This document shows positions 48,138-57,842 of a stretch of DNA of 64,000 bases, in pieces; position 1 is the stretch's first letter, and the number at the start of each line of letters is the position of its first letter. Location: NCBI GenBank assembly GCA_028707495.1, contig JAQWAS010000006.1, positions 664-64,663 of the forward strand. The letters are read 5' to 3'. The notes under the pieces were generated by a model. That model made no database searches and had not been told where the DNA came from. It was given only the letters and a program-made list of their open reading frames with translations. Origin of the DNA: Patescibacteria group bacterium. GTDB lineage: Bacteria > Patescibacteriota > Patescibacteriia > UBA2591 > JAQWAS01. Made by a program: the position numbers and the translations under genes.

Positions 48138-49163
48138 ATGCAACTTAAAGATTTTGATTATGTTTTACCACCAAAACTAATTGCTCAGCAACCAATTCGG
48201 CCGCGAGATCACTCGCGACTTTTAGTTTTAGATCAAAAGACACATAAAATTAAACATCAATATTTTTATGATTTACCGCAATTTTTAAAAGCAGGCGATG
48301 TATTGGTTTTTAACAATTCCAAAGTGATACCGGCACGTTTATGGGCACAAAAATTAACTGGTGGTAAAGTTGAAGTTTTGCTTTTACATCAAATAAATAA
48401 TAAAACTTGGGAGGTTTTATTGGGTGGAAAAAATTTAAAAGCTGGCATGATTTTAAATTTGAATAAATTTAAACAGCGTCAAATTGAACTTAAGTTAATT
48501 AAAAGTTTAACTCAGGGGCGGTGGCAAGTTGAATTTAATTTAACTTCACAAGCTTTTAAAGTTTTTAGAGCTAAATACGGAATTGCGCCAACGCCACCCT
48601 ATATTAAACGTTTATCAAATTTAAAAGAGTATCAAAATATTTATGCTCAGCCAGAAGGGTCGACAGCTGCGCCAACAGCTGGTTTTCATTTTACTCAACA
48701 ATTAATTGATAAATTAAAAAAACAAGGCGTTCAGTTAGAATTTGTAACCTTGCATGTGGGCTTAGACACATTTCGACCAGTTAAGGTTAATAAAATAGAA
48801 GATCATCAAATGCATTCTGAGCTTGCTGTTTTAAATAAAAAGACAGCTATAAAATTAAACCAAGCCAAAAAGGATGGTCGGCGAATTATAGCTGTGGGTA
48901 CGACCACGGTGCGAGTTTTAGAATCAGCTTGGCAAAAAAATAAATTTCAGAGTTTAGAAAAATTAGTAGATATTTTTATTTATCCAGGCTATCAATTTAA
49001 AAGTTTAGATGGTTTAATTACCAATTTTCATTTGCCAAAATCGAGTTTGTTAATGCTAGTTAGCGCTTGGGTTGGTCGTAAGGTAATTTTACAAACCTAT
49101 CAAACTGCTATTCAGAAAAAATATCGTTTTTTTTCTTTTGGCGATGCAATGTTAATTATTTAA
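48138..49163 (+). CDS. queA: S-adenosylmethionine:tRNA ribosyltransferase-isomerase
   Basis: IAQQP, PPYI, AAPTAGFHF, TNFHLPKS, YRFFSFGD. Confidence 0.96.
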   Translation: MQLKDFDYVLPPKLIAQQPIRPRDHSRLLVLDQKTHKIKHQYFYDLPQFLKAGDVLVFNNSKVIPARLWAQKLTGGKVEVLLLHQINNKTWEVLLGGKNLKAGMILNLNKFKQRQIELKLIKSLTQGRWQVEFNLTSQAFKVFRAKYGIAPTPPYIKRLSNLKEYQNIYAQPEGSTAAPTAGFHFTQQLIDKLKKQGVQLEFVTLHVGLDTFRPVKVNKIEDHQMHSELAVLNKKTAIKLNQAKKDGRRIIAVGTTTVRVLESAWQKNKFQSLEKLVDIFIYPGYQFKSLDGLITNFHLPKSSLLMLVSAWVGRKVILQTYQTAIQKKYRFFSFGDAMLII

Positions 49164-49211
49164 TTTAAAAAAGATAAAACCCGACTTTTGTGCCGGGTTT
49201 GTTTGGAGAGG

Positions 49212-49874
49212 TTATCGAAGACTCTCCTTGTTTCTTTGTTCGAGATAATTTAGCTCATTTGTGCAAGCTAACGGATCAACGTCAGTGATTTGAATCTGTC
49301 GATCCTTAATTTCGCGCCGAATATAATCAATGGCTGGTTGAACATCCCTCCAGTCCCATTCGTCTCTAACGACACGAAGAGAATCTCGGATGTCTTTAAT
49401 GAGCGGATCTGAGTTTTTGCAACTAAGATCCAATAGTTTGTCGAGGTGTTCTTCTGACGTCCCGAGAGATTCAATTGGTACGCCAGCGGAATCAGCATAA
49501 GAAAGTATTTTCCAATACTCCTCAGAAACATCTTCATCGCTACACTTCGTTGTGGCTATTTTTATCCAACGATAGCCTTCGGAAATATAGCCCTTTTTTT
49601 GACACTCAGCGATTTTTTCTTTGGTGATTTCGAGGCTGTCGAGTTCGATCTGCGCCTTGTCGGCTAGAGAATAGAGATTTTCTATTCTTTCACTGACATT
49701 TTCTTCGAGGCACTTATCTTGAATCCATGCCCATTTATTAAGAATTTTTTTTTCATATTCTGTGGGGCTTGGCTTTCCGACTAAATCACAGGCACTTGTT
49801 ATGCCGGCGATAATAATGATTATAAGTGTTATACCTATCAAAGCGGGTGTTACCTTGCGAATTTTCTTTTCCAT
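49212..49874 (-). CDS. Hypothetical lipoprotein (ORFan cassette)
   Basis: AAGGAG SD, lipobox-like ITSAC, cassette promoter at about 49930-49960. Confidence 0.7.
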   Translation of the reverse strand: MEKKIRKVTPALIGITLIIIIIAGITSACDLVGKPSPTEYEKKILNKWAWIQDKCLEENVSERIENLYSLADKAQIELDSLEITKEKIAECQKKGYISEGYRWIKIATTKCSDEDVSEEYWKILSYADSAGVPIESLGTSEEHLDKLLDLSCKNSDPLIKDIRDSLRVVRDEWDWRDVQPAIDYIRREIKDRQIQITDVDPLACTNELNYLEQRNKESLR

Positions 49875-50004
49875 TTTTCTCCTTTGTTTATTTTCAATAT
49901 ACAATCTACACTATTTTTATTTCTATTTACATCTTAGCATATATTTAATTTCTTGTCAAGAGTTGCTTTGTTTAAATATTTAAGCTATAATAATTTGAGA
50001 TTCA

Positions 50005-50079
50005 GGCGCGATAGCCAAGTGGTAAGGCGACGGTCTGCAAAACCGTTATTCACGGGTTCGAATCCCGTTCGCGCCTCCA
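50005..50079 (+). tRNA. tRNA-Cys (GCA)
   Basis: ACGGT-CTGCAAA-ACCGT arm, U73, CCA. Confidence 0.93.
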
Positions 50080-50130
50080 AAATAAAAAAAAACACCCCTT
50101 GGGTTTTTTACTAAATTTTTTGAAATAAAT

Positions 50131-50571
50131 CTAACTTAACTCTATTCTAATTTTTTCTAATTCTAGGCCAAGATCAAGGCCTTGTTTTTTGTATTTAACT
50201 CCAATTTCGCTTATAATTTGATATAAATTTTCTCCACGGGCTACGCGTTGCTGAATTTCGACTTTAATTTTTTCGGTGATTATTTCCTTATATTTATTTT
50301 CTAATTCAGAGCTAGGCCATTCTTCACGATTACTGTTTTTGATTTTTTCTAAAGCCAAAAGAATAATTTGATTTAAATCAATGGGTTCAGAAGAAATTTG
50401 ATTTATATCGATTAAAATATCATTGACTTTTTTGCTCCAATTCAACCAATCAACATCAACGCCCTTATTATTTAAATTATTAATTTCAGAAATAACGTGA
50501 TTAACGGCCTGATCTATTTTATCTTGCAAAATTATATGAGAAGATTCTCTTTCGTGAGCGCAAGTAACCAT
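50131..50571 (-). CDS. Hypothetical protein
   Basis: Open frame with helical composition; no motif recognised. Confidence 0.55.
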   Translation of the reverse strand: MVTCAHERESSHIILQDKIDQAVNHVISEINNLNNKGVDVDWLNWSKKVNDILIDINQISSEPIDLNQIILLALEKIKNSNREEWPSSELENKYKEIITEKIKVEIQQRVARGENLYQIISEIGVKYKKQGLDLGLELEKIRIELS

Positions 50572-50663
50572 ATTTTTAAATTTAAAATTATATTTTATTT
50601 TATTAAAAATAATCAAAGCTGTCAACTTTTTTAATTTTATAAAAAGCGTTATAATATAAGATT

Positions 50664-51572
50664 ATGAATCAAAAAGATAAATTTATTATTATTGATGCTA
50701 ATGCGGTTTTACATCGAGCTTGGCACGCCTTACCGCCACTTGAAACAGAGAGTGGTCAGGTTGTGAATGCAGTTTATGGTTTTATTTCAGTTATAATTAA
50801 AATTTTGCGGGAATTTAAGCCAAATTATATGGCGGCGTGTTTTGATATGCCAGGGCCGACTTTTAGACATAAAGAATTTAAAGAATATAAAGCGGGACGA
50901 GAAAAACAACCTGATGAATTTTATGAACAAATTCCAATCACTCAAGGCGTTTTAAAAGATTTTGATATTCAAGTTTTAGGTTTAAGCGGTTATGAAGCTG
51001 ATGATTTGATCGGTTTTTTGTCTCACAAGGTTGATGGCGGTTTAGAAAAAATTATTGTGACTGGCGACATGGATGCTTTGCAATTAGTAGATAAATCAAC
51101 TTGGGTTTATAATTTAAAAAAAGGTATCAGCGAAACTGAAATTTTTGATGAAGCCGCTGTTTTCGAAAGATATGGTTTTAAGCCTGAGCAATTAATTGAT
51201 TATAAAGCTTTACGTGGAGATCCCTCTGACAACATCCCGGGAATTAGAGGAATTGGCAAAAAAACAGCGACACAATTAATTCAGCAATTTAGTTCATTAG
51301 AAGTTTTATATCAACAAGTTGAACAAGGTGAGGTTGAAGGTGTCAGTCAAAGGATTAGGCAAATGCTTTTAGATCAAAAGGATCAAGCTTTTTTAAGTAA
51401 AAAATTAGCCACCATTGTTTTGGATGTTCCTTTGGATTTTAATTTAGAAAATTTTAAAACTAAAAAATTAGATGTAGATAAAATTAGTGTTAAATTTAGT
51501 CAATTGGGATTTAAATCTTTGTTAAAAAGACTAGATGATGTCGTTGGTATTAAGCAGGAAAAATTGATTTAA
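50664..51572 (+). CDS. Stand-alone 5'-3' exonuclease (PolA N-terminal domain / FEN-like)
   Basis: IIDANA..HRAWHA, YEADD, GDMD, GDPSDNIPG..GIGKKTA; no polymerase domain. Confidence 0.92.
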   Translation: MNQKDKFIIIDANAVLHRAWHALPPLETESGQVVNAVYGFISVIIKILREFKPNYMAACFDMPGPTFRHKEFKEYKAGREKQPDEFYEQIPITQGVLKDFDIQVLGLSGYEADDLIGFLSHKVDGGLEKIIVTGDMDALQLVDKSTWVYNLKKGISETEIFDEAAVFERYGFKPEQLIDYKALRGDPSDNIPGIRGIGKKTATQLIQQFSSLEVLYQQVEQGEVEGVSQRIRQMLLDQKDQAFLSKKLATIVLDVPLDFNLENFKTKKLDVDKISVKFSQLGFKSLLKRLDDVVGIKQEKLI

Positions 51573-51584
51573 ATTTTTTTAATT

Positions 51585-52556
51585 ATGATTATTTATCTGT
51601 ACGGTCAAGATGATTTTCGAATTCATCAAGACTTACAAACAATCAAAAATAAATTTTTAAAACAAGTTGATCAATCGGGTTTAAATTTTAGTTATTTAGA
51701 TGGCAGTGATTTAAAAATTGATCAATTTCGCCAAGCGGTTTTAGTTTCAGGTTTTTTAGCTAAGAAAAGAATGGTGGTAATTAAAAATTTATTAACCACA
51801 GGTCGGGATGAAAATTTAATAACTGAAATTTTAACTAATTTTAAAAAATTAGAACAGCAGGAAGATGTGGTGATAATTTTTATTCAGACCGATGAATTGA
51901 AAAATATTCGTACTCAGGTTAAAAAAGATCTTTTAAATAAATTGGTAAAAAGTCAGTACGCCAAAGAATTTAAATTATTAAAAAATAAAGATTTAATAAA
52001 TTGGATAAAAAAAGAAGTTAGCCAACTCAAAGCCAAAATTGAACCGACTGCCATTGAATTGTTAATTAATTATTTAGGCAATGATTTGTGGAAAATTAAT
52101 AACGAGATTCACAAATTAGTAGCTTATAAAAGTGGTCAAATTATACAATCAGTAGATGTGGAATTGATGGTTAAAGCTGATTTAGATGAAAATATTTTTA
52201 ATTTAACCGATGCCATTGCTAACCAAAACAAGAAGCAATCTTTAAAATTAATTCAACAGCAATTAACGGATAGTGGTGCTTGGTTACGAATTTTAAATAT
52301 GATCAGTTATCAGTTTCGTAATTTAATTATTTTAAAAAGTTATTTAAATGAACATGGCTATAGCAATCAATATGGTTTAGCTAAAGGATTAGGTTTGCAT
52401 CCGTTTATAATTCAAAAAAGTTTAAATCAAGTTGATAAATATTCTTTGCCACAATTAAAAAAAATCTATCATCAGCTTTTAGAGATAGATTTACAAATGA
52501 AAACTAAGAGTTTGAATCCAGAGGTTTTATTAGATAAATTGGTAGTCGAGAATTAG
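51585..52556 (+). CDS. holA: DNA polymerase III delta subunit
   Basis: MIIYLYG.D.F, GNDL..NEI.KL, IFNL.DA, HPF. Confidence 0.88.
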   Translation: MIIYLYGQDDFRIHQDLQTIKNKFLKQVDQSGLNFSYLDGSDLKIDQFRQAVLVSGFLAKKRMVVIKNLLTTGRDENLITEILTNFKKLEQQEDVVIIFIQTDELKNIRTQVKKDLLNKLVKSQYAKEFKLLKNKDLINWIKKEVSQLKAKIEPTAIELLINYLGNDLWKINNEIHKLVAYKSGQIIQSVDVELMVKADLDENIFNLTDAIANQNKKQSLKLIQQQLTDSGAWLRILNMISYQFRNLIILKSYLNEHGYSNQYGLAKGLGLHPFIIQKSLNQVDKYSLPQLKKIYHQLLEIDLQMKTKSLNPEVLLDKLVVEN

Positions 52557-52613
52557 TTTTTATTCAAACAAAAAAGCAATTCAATCAAGAATTACTTTTT
52601 TTATTTATCAAAA

Positions 52614-52886
52614 TTATTTTTTCTTGTCAGTTTTATTAGCTTTTTTCATTAAGCCTGATTTTTTGCGAGCGGCCGTGTTTTTTTTAAAAACATTATTTTT
52701 GGCAGCTTTATCAATAGCCTTTTGGGTTTTTTGCATCCATTCATTAATTTTGGATTTATCACTCTGATCAATAGCTTTTAATGTTTGTTTAACTAAATAT
52801 TTGATATTAGCTTTAATATCTTTATTGTGTTGTGTTCTTTTAATCTCTTGACGAAGAGACTTTTTAGCTGATTTTGATTGTGGCAT
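52614..52886 (-). CDS. rpsT: 30S ribosomal protein S20
   Basis: KSAKK.LRQ, IDKAAK, KNTAARKKS. Confidence 0.95.
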   Translation of the reverse strand: MPQSKSAKKSLRQEIKRTQHNKDIKANIKYLVKQTLKAIDQSDKSKINEWMQKTQKAIDKAAKNNVFKKNTAARKKSGLMKKANKTDKKK

Positions 52887-52919
52887 ACTATATTAAATAA
52901 AAATTAAAAATTAAAAATG

Positions 52920-53234
52920 TTAAGCCAGGTCGTCATAAATATCCTCTTCGTAGTTATCTTCTTCTTCGGCTGGCATTTCATCTAGAAGTTGAGCTTCTTG
53001 TTTAATAATTTCATCCCAGGTTTTATCACTTTGACCGGTCAAGGCTTCAAATTTGGCTTTAAAATTATCATTAAAATCTTTAATTAATTCAGGTTCTTGC
53101 TCAAAGATTTCATTTAATTTTTCTAGCACACCTTCTGGTAAAATAGGTAAAAAAACAAGAAGGTCATTTTGATCTTCTGGCGAAACCTGCGATGTACTTA
53201 AGGTCTGTTCTATTTTTTTTAATGCTTCAGACAT
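52920..53234 (-). CDS. Hypothetical acidic protein
   Basis: Open frame; acidic C-terminus. Confidence 0.65.
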   Translation of the reverse strand: MSEALKKIEQTLSTSQVSPEDQNDLLVFLPILPEGVLEKLNEIFEQEPELIKDFNDNFKAKFEALTGQSDKTWDEIIKQEAQLLDEMPAEEEDNYEEDIYDDLA

Positions 53235-53253
53235 CCTCCTAAATCAATAATAA

Positions 53254-53445
53254 TTAAGCAGCTTGTCGATATTTACGTTCGATAAGGTTGGGGTTTCTTT
53301 TCTCGTTATCACATTCATTTGTTATAAAAGCAGCAGCTATAGCCAAGTTTTCAGATTCTTCTCTAATAAAAGCTAAATTAGGCTCATGTTCATGAGTTTC
53401 TTTGTTGGCAATTTCTTCAATTTGTGGATTATATGTTTCTGACAT
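53254..53445 (-). CDS. Hypothetical small protein
   Basis: Open frame downstream of a CCTTGACAAG..TGTAAGAT promoter (about 53552-53582). Confidence 0.45.
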   Translation of the reverse strand: MSETYNPQIEEIANKETHEHEPNLAFIREESENLAIAAAFITNECDNEKRNPNLIERKYRQAA

Positions 53446-53608
53446 ATTTTTTGTTATCCCCAGTTAAACGACCTTTAAGTATATTATAATACATTAAAGA
53501 TTTTTTGTGAAGGGATTTAATTAAACAAGGTGTTAATTAAATTGATACACCATCTTACACCCGATCTAAATTCTTGTCAAGGGGTAAGCGGGGGATAATG
53601 TTAAAAGA

Positions 53609-53833
53609 TGTCATTCTAAATCCGCCTGGAGTGGATGAAAGAAATTGTCATGCTGAACTTTAGTCAGCCAAATCGGAGGATGTTTCAGCATCCGTTAGTA
53701 TGGGAAGTGTCATGCTGAACTTGTTTCAGCATCTGTTAACGCTTAAAATATTGATTCTTAAAAAACGTTTTTTTTCGACCACAGATCCCTGAACTGAATT
53801 CAGGGCAGGCTCTGAAATAAATTCAGGATGACA
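53609..53833. repeat. Cluster of REP/REPIN-like palindromes with nested inserts
   Basis: TGTCATGCTGAACTTGTTTCAGCATCTGT at 53708 (identical to 20499); right arm interrupted by CCCTGAACTGAATTCAGGGCAGG. Confidence 0.85.
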
Positions 53834-53951
53834 ATTCAAGCGTTTCTATAATGTTCGACCCAGATTTAACTAGATAAAAATAAATATTGATTATAATATT
53901 GAAATTAATTTATAGCTTTAATCAAAATATAATTTATGCTATAATAAACCC

Positions 53952-54512
53952 ATGTTGAGTTTTATCAAGGGTAAAATTAAATTTAAAGATGAGCGGAGTG
54001 TAATTATTCAAACCGGAGATTTAGGTTTTGAAGTTTATTTAACAGAGCCAATTTTAAAGGAATTAATTTTAAATCAAGAAGTGGAATTATTTACTTATTT
54101 GCATACACGAGAAAATATCATGGAATTATATGGATTTATAAATAGGCTAGAAATGAATTTTTTTGAAAAATTAATCGAAGTGCCAGGCATTGGACCCAAA
54201 TCAGCTTTAAGCGTTTTATCATTAGCCAGTCCAGATGAATTAATTGAAGCTATCAATCAAGATAATGTTGAAATTTTAACCAAAGTTTCTGGTATTGGCA
54301 AAAAAACAGCGCAACGAATTGTGGTGGAATTAAAAACCAAATTAAATTCTAAATCTAAAATTTTAGATCAAACCGATAGCCAAACATTTGATGCCCTGCA
54401 AAAACTAGGTTATTCCGTGCAAGATATTCGTCAGGCGATCAAAGAAATGCCGACAGATGTTGAGGGTTTGGAAAATAAAGTTAAAGCAGCTTTGAAGATT
54501 TTGGGAAAATAA
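53952..54512 (+). CDS. ruvA: Holliday junction DNA-binding protein RuvA
   Basis: LYGF, VPGIGPKSA, VSGIGKKTAQRI, AL..LGY. Confidence 0.96.
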   Translation: MLSFIKGKIKFKDERSVIIQTGDLGFEVYLTEPILKELILNQEVELFTYLHTRENIMELYGFINRLEMNFFEKLIEVPGIGPKSALSVLSLASPDELIEAINQDNVEILTKVSGIGKKTAQRIVVELKTKLNSKSKILDQTDSQTFDALQKLGYSVQDIRQAIKEMPTDVEGLENKVKAALKILGK

Positions 54513-54581
54513 AGATTAAAGCATAAACCCGAAATTACAAATTCTAAATAAATTAAAAATTTAAAATTACAGATTCAAAAC

Positions 54582-55568
54582 ATGCAGGTTGTAGAAATTA
54601 AAAATCAACAAAAGTGGAATGAGTGGGTTGTCCGTGAGAGCGGACAATTTTTACAATCTTGGCAATGGGGAGAATTGCAACAAAAATTGGGTCGTCGGAT
54701 TTGGCGTTTGGGCGTGCAAGCGGGAGATAAAATTTTAGGCGGGACTTTAATTATCAAACACGATTTGCCCTTTAACAAAAGTTATTTATATTCACCGCGT
54801 GGTCCAATTTTAAATCAAAAACAAGATTTGAAAATAAAAGAAATTTTAATAAATAAAATAAAAGAAATAGCTCAACAAGAAAAAGCCATATTTTATAAAT
54901 GCGAACCTAGCGACCAAAATTTAATTGATCAAAATTTTAAAAAAGTTAAATCAGTCCAACCGGCCAATACTTTGATTTTAGATTTAAAATTAAGCTTGGA
55001 AGAATTATTAAAAAATATGCATCCCAAAACGCGTTACAATATTAAATTAGCTCAACGTAAGGGGGTTAAAATTGAAGAAGGTCGGGATATAAGTTTATTT
55101 TTAAATTTAATACATCAAACAGCCAAGCGTGATGAATTTAATCCGCATGCAGATGAATATTATCGGAAAATATTTCAAGAATTTAAATATAATCAGGGAT
55201 CGGGTTTCAAATTATTTATCGCTAAATTTCAAGATCGGGTTATCGCCACCAATTTGATTATGTTTTTTGGCCAGACAGTTACTTATGTACATGGTGCGAG
55301 TAGCAATCAAGATAGAAACGTAATGGCACCATATTTATTACAATGGCAAGTGATTAAACAAGCGCAAGAGCAAGGGTTTAAATATTATGATTTTTGGGGC
55401 ATTAATCCGAGTGATGTCGGTTTGGGCTATTTGAAATCTTGGCAGGGGATTACGCGTTTTAAAACCAGTTTTAGTGGACAAGAAATAAATTATCCTGGCA
55501 CATTTGATTTGGTTTTAAAACCAGCTTGGTATCGGTTATATAATTTAATAAAAAAAATTAAAAATTAA
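54582..55568 (+). CDS. FemABX-family peptidoglycan bridge aminoacyltransferase
   Basis: FLQSWQWG, YSPRGP, KTRYNI, YVHGAS, YDFWG, RFK..F.G. Confidence 0.9.
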   Translation: MQVVEIKNQQKWNEWVVRESGQFLQSWQWGELQQKLGRRIWRLGVQAGDKILGGTLIIKHDLPFNKSYLYSPRGPILNQKQDLKIKEILINKIKEIAQQEKAIFYKCEPSDQNLIDQNFKKVKSVQPANTLILDLKLSLEELLKNMHPKTRYNIKLAQRKGVKIEEGRDISLFLNLIHQTAKRDEFNPHADEYYRKIFQEFKYNQGSGFKLFIAKFQDRVIATNLIMFFGQTVTYVHGASSNQDRNVMAPYLLQWQVIKQAQEQGFKYYDFWGINPSDVGLGYLKSWQGITRFKTSFSGQEINYPGTFDLVLKPAWYRLYNLIKKIKN

Positions 55569-55572
55569 TCTA

Positions 55573-55647
55573 GCCTCCATAGTTTAATGGATAGAACAAA
55601 GGATTCCGGATCCTTAGATCCAAGTTCGATTCTTGGTGGGGGTACCA
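55573..55647 (+). tRNA. tRNA-Arg (CCG)
   Basis: AAGGA-TTCCGGA-TCCTT arm, TTCGA, CCA. Confidence 0.9.
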
Positions 55648-55726
55648 GAGATAACAGATAACAAGTAACAGCTAACACCTAATTTTAATTAGGTTCTCAC
55701 CCAGAGGGTGATCAGTCTTTGGCTGA

Positions 55727-55750
55727 GATTCTTGGTGGGGGCATCAGAGA
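55727..55750 (+). repeat. Duplicated tRNA-Arg 3' end (att-like)
   Basis: GATTCTTGGTGGGGGCATCAGAGA versus GATTCTTGGTGGGGGTACCAGAGA at 55628-55651. Confidence 0.85.
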
Positions 55751-55936
55751 CAATTTACAATCTACAACTCGCAACAGATGATAGACATAAAGTCCATTTT
55801 GGTGGATTTTTTTATTTTATTTTTTTAAATGTTTATTTATCCCGTTGACTTGTCGATTCGGCGGATAGGACAAACAAGAGTGAGTTTCTAGAAAATAAAA
55901 AGATTCAGTCATTAATAATGAGGCGGATTTTAAAAA

Positions 55937-55967
55937 CCTTGACAAGAAATTTAATATATGCTAAGAT
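55937..55967 (+). promoter_or_regulatory. Shared ORFan-cassette promoter
   Basis: CCTTGACAAGAAATTTAATATATGCTAAGAT. Confidence 0.75.
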
Positions 55968-56037
55968 ATTAACAGAACTTTGATATTAAAAAATAAAACA
56001 ACGGCAACAATAAAAACAAAAAAAACAGGAGGAAAAA

Positions 56038-56859
56038 ATGAAGACATTCATTCTTTGGATGTTGGTCGTGTTTTCGGTATCGGTCACTGTATTTGGTTAC
56101 GATGTAATTGACCGCGATTTGGGACTCGGCGATCCAGGTCTTAAATCTGCAGTGCCAGAATCGGCAGTTTCGGACACTGAATCCACTACTCAGCCAATCA
56201 CCTCTTTCAGTGCATTGGTCAGTAAAGAAATGACCGATAGCGAAGAAACGGAAGAGGATATAGAAGACACGATGTTTTTCGTGGAAGAAGAAGAAACATT
56301 AAGCGATGGAAGTGTCCTCAATGCCCAAAACTTTTTAGGTATTGATTTCGGCACCGGCGCCTCATTTGCTCCATCGAAAGATTCGCCAGAATATGAAGAA
56401 TGGTCTAAGACAGTGAACGAAAATTTCATTTTTTCTGTCGAGGTTTCTAATTTTTCCTTTTCTGACATTGAGGCCAGAATCACAGATCCAATGGATTTTG
56501 TTCCATTGGCCGGCGGAAGGGATGTTATTATTTTCCGATTAAGTTGGGAAAATTTAAATCTTGATAGTATCGCCGGATTGGGATTGAATGAAACAAAAAA
56601 TTATCGCTGTCAAATGGCGGTAGTTGATCAGAGGGGCGCCAAAAACGGTTTAAAAATCGTCGAAGTGCCTGTCTGGCAAGCTTTTCGTTCGCCGGCGCCA
56701 GACGATTTACCGTTCGAAAAAACTGAAGGGGGATTTGAAGGAGTAACATTTTATGATGTTTACTTCCGAGCCCCAAAGGGAGTTCATGCTATTTGGGTTC
56801 GTTTTTTAATAAACGGAACCAACATGACTGAATCGCTTTGTGATGTTCCCGTGGCGTAA
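56038..56859 (+). CDS. Hypothetical secreted acidic protein (ORFan cassette)
   Basis: AGGAGG SD, signal peptide, terminator AAGGGGCGA/TCGCCCCTT at about 56871-56898. Confidence 0.75.
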   Translation: MKTFILWMLVVFSVSVTVFGYDVIDRDLGLGDPGLKSAVPESAVSDTESTTQPITSFSALVSKEMTDSEETEEDIEDTMFFVEEEETLSDGSVLNAQNFLGIDFGTGASFAPSKDSPEYEEWSKTVNENFIFSVEVSNFSFSDIEARITDPMDFVPLAGGRDVIIFRLSWENLNLDSIAGLGLNETKNYRCQMAVVDQRGAKNGLKIVEVPVWQAFRSPAPDDLPFEKTEGGFEGVTFYDVYFRAPKGVHAIWVRFLINGTNMTESLCDVPVA

Positions 56860-56999
56860 CACCGCCATTCAAGGGGGCGAATTTTCGCCCCCTTTTTTAT
56901 TTTAATAATATTGACAAACAATTTTATTTATGCTAGGCTATAAATAGTTCGTTCTTTAAAATGTTTATAAAAAATGAAAAATAAAACCAAGGAGGAAAA

Positions 57000-57842
57000 A
57001 TGGCGAAAAAAGATCAGGGAGGTTCATATGGAGGCGGTGGTATAGAATTTACATCGAAAAAAGAAGAGAGACCATCCACCAAACCTTATACACAGAGACC
57101 ACCAAATTCAAATCTTGGCATGAGTACGGCGTATAAGATATTATTAATGCCACTCATTTTATTGGTTGTGGCGTTGGTTGCCTTTGTGACTATTAAAAGT
57201 CCACAACACGATTTCTTTTCTTTTTTTAAGAAAGGAATTAATCAAGCACCGCCACCCGAAATAATCATGAAAATGAAACAATCGGCCGAATCAAATCAAC
57301 CGATTTCTCAAAATTCTATGGGTCGGCAAGAACAACCTCTTCAGAACACGAAGGCCACATCGCAACATGATACGGTTGATACCATTAGCGATTATCTCAG
57401 CGAAGAAGAACTTGCTAGATGGATTGCCAGTAACATTCCTAAAGAATTTCATTTTTTGGCTAAACACTTGGTTGAAAATGGGTACAACAAGCCAAAGGAA
57501 ATTTTAAAGGTCTTGATAGACGAAGGGTCTTTACAGGGGAGAGATATAGCAAGGTTGGTTGTCTTGTATGAAGGGTTGACTGATACTTCAGGAATTAAGT
57601 CCGTAGATAGTTTGATTTACGCATCTCAAAATGAAAATGAGAAAATAGAAATTGTTATCGATGAAATCGAGGATCCCGAGCTTCAGCCAACTGAGCAGAA
57701 TCAACAGAGCGGGTATGTAACCATATTAAAACCCCTCAATCAATCAAAGACGGTTAATTCAGATAATTCTGGGGCGATGAATTCTCGCAAATCGGGCCGA
57801 GTGACTATTCTTCAACCACTTGTTTCGTCCGAAACACAATAG
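57000..57842 (+). CDS. Hypothetical membrane-anchored protein (ORFan cassette)
   Basis: TTGACA-17-TAGGCT promoter at 56911, AAGGAGG SD, single TM. Confidence 0.75.
   Translation: MAKKDQGGSYGGGGIEFTSKKEERPSTKPYTQRPPNSNLGMSTAYKILLMPLILLVVALVAFVTIKSPQHDFFSFFKKGINQAPPPEIIMKMKQSAESNQPISQNSMGRQEQPLQNTKATSQHDTVDTISDYLSEEELARWIASNIPKEFHFLAKHLVENGYNKPKEILKVLIDEGSLQGRDIARLVVLYEGLTDTSGIKSVDSLIYASQNENEKIEIVIDEIEDPELQPTEQNQQSGYVTILKPLNQSKTVNSDNSGAMNSRKSGRVTILQPLVSSETQ

Noticed and set aside
50664-51572. Truncated polA pseudogene
   Set aside because: The domain is complete with intact acidic motifs and a clean stop before holA; stand-alone 5'-3' exonucleases are known.
53254-53445. tmRNA tag reading frame (ORF ends YRQAA)
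   Set aside because: No tRNA-like acceptor or T-arm domain flanks it.
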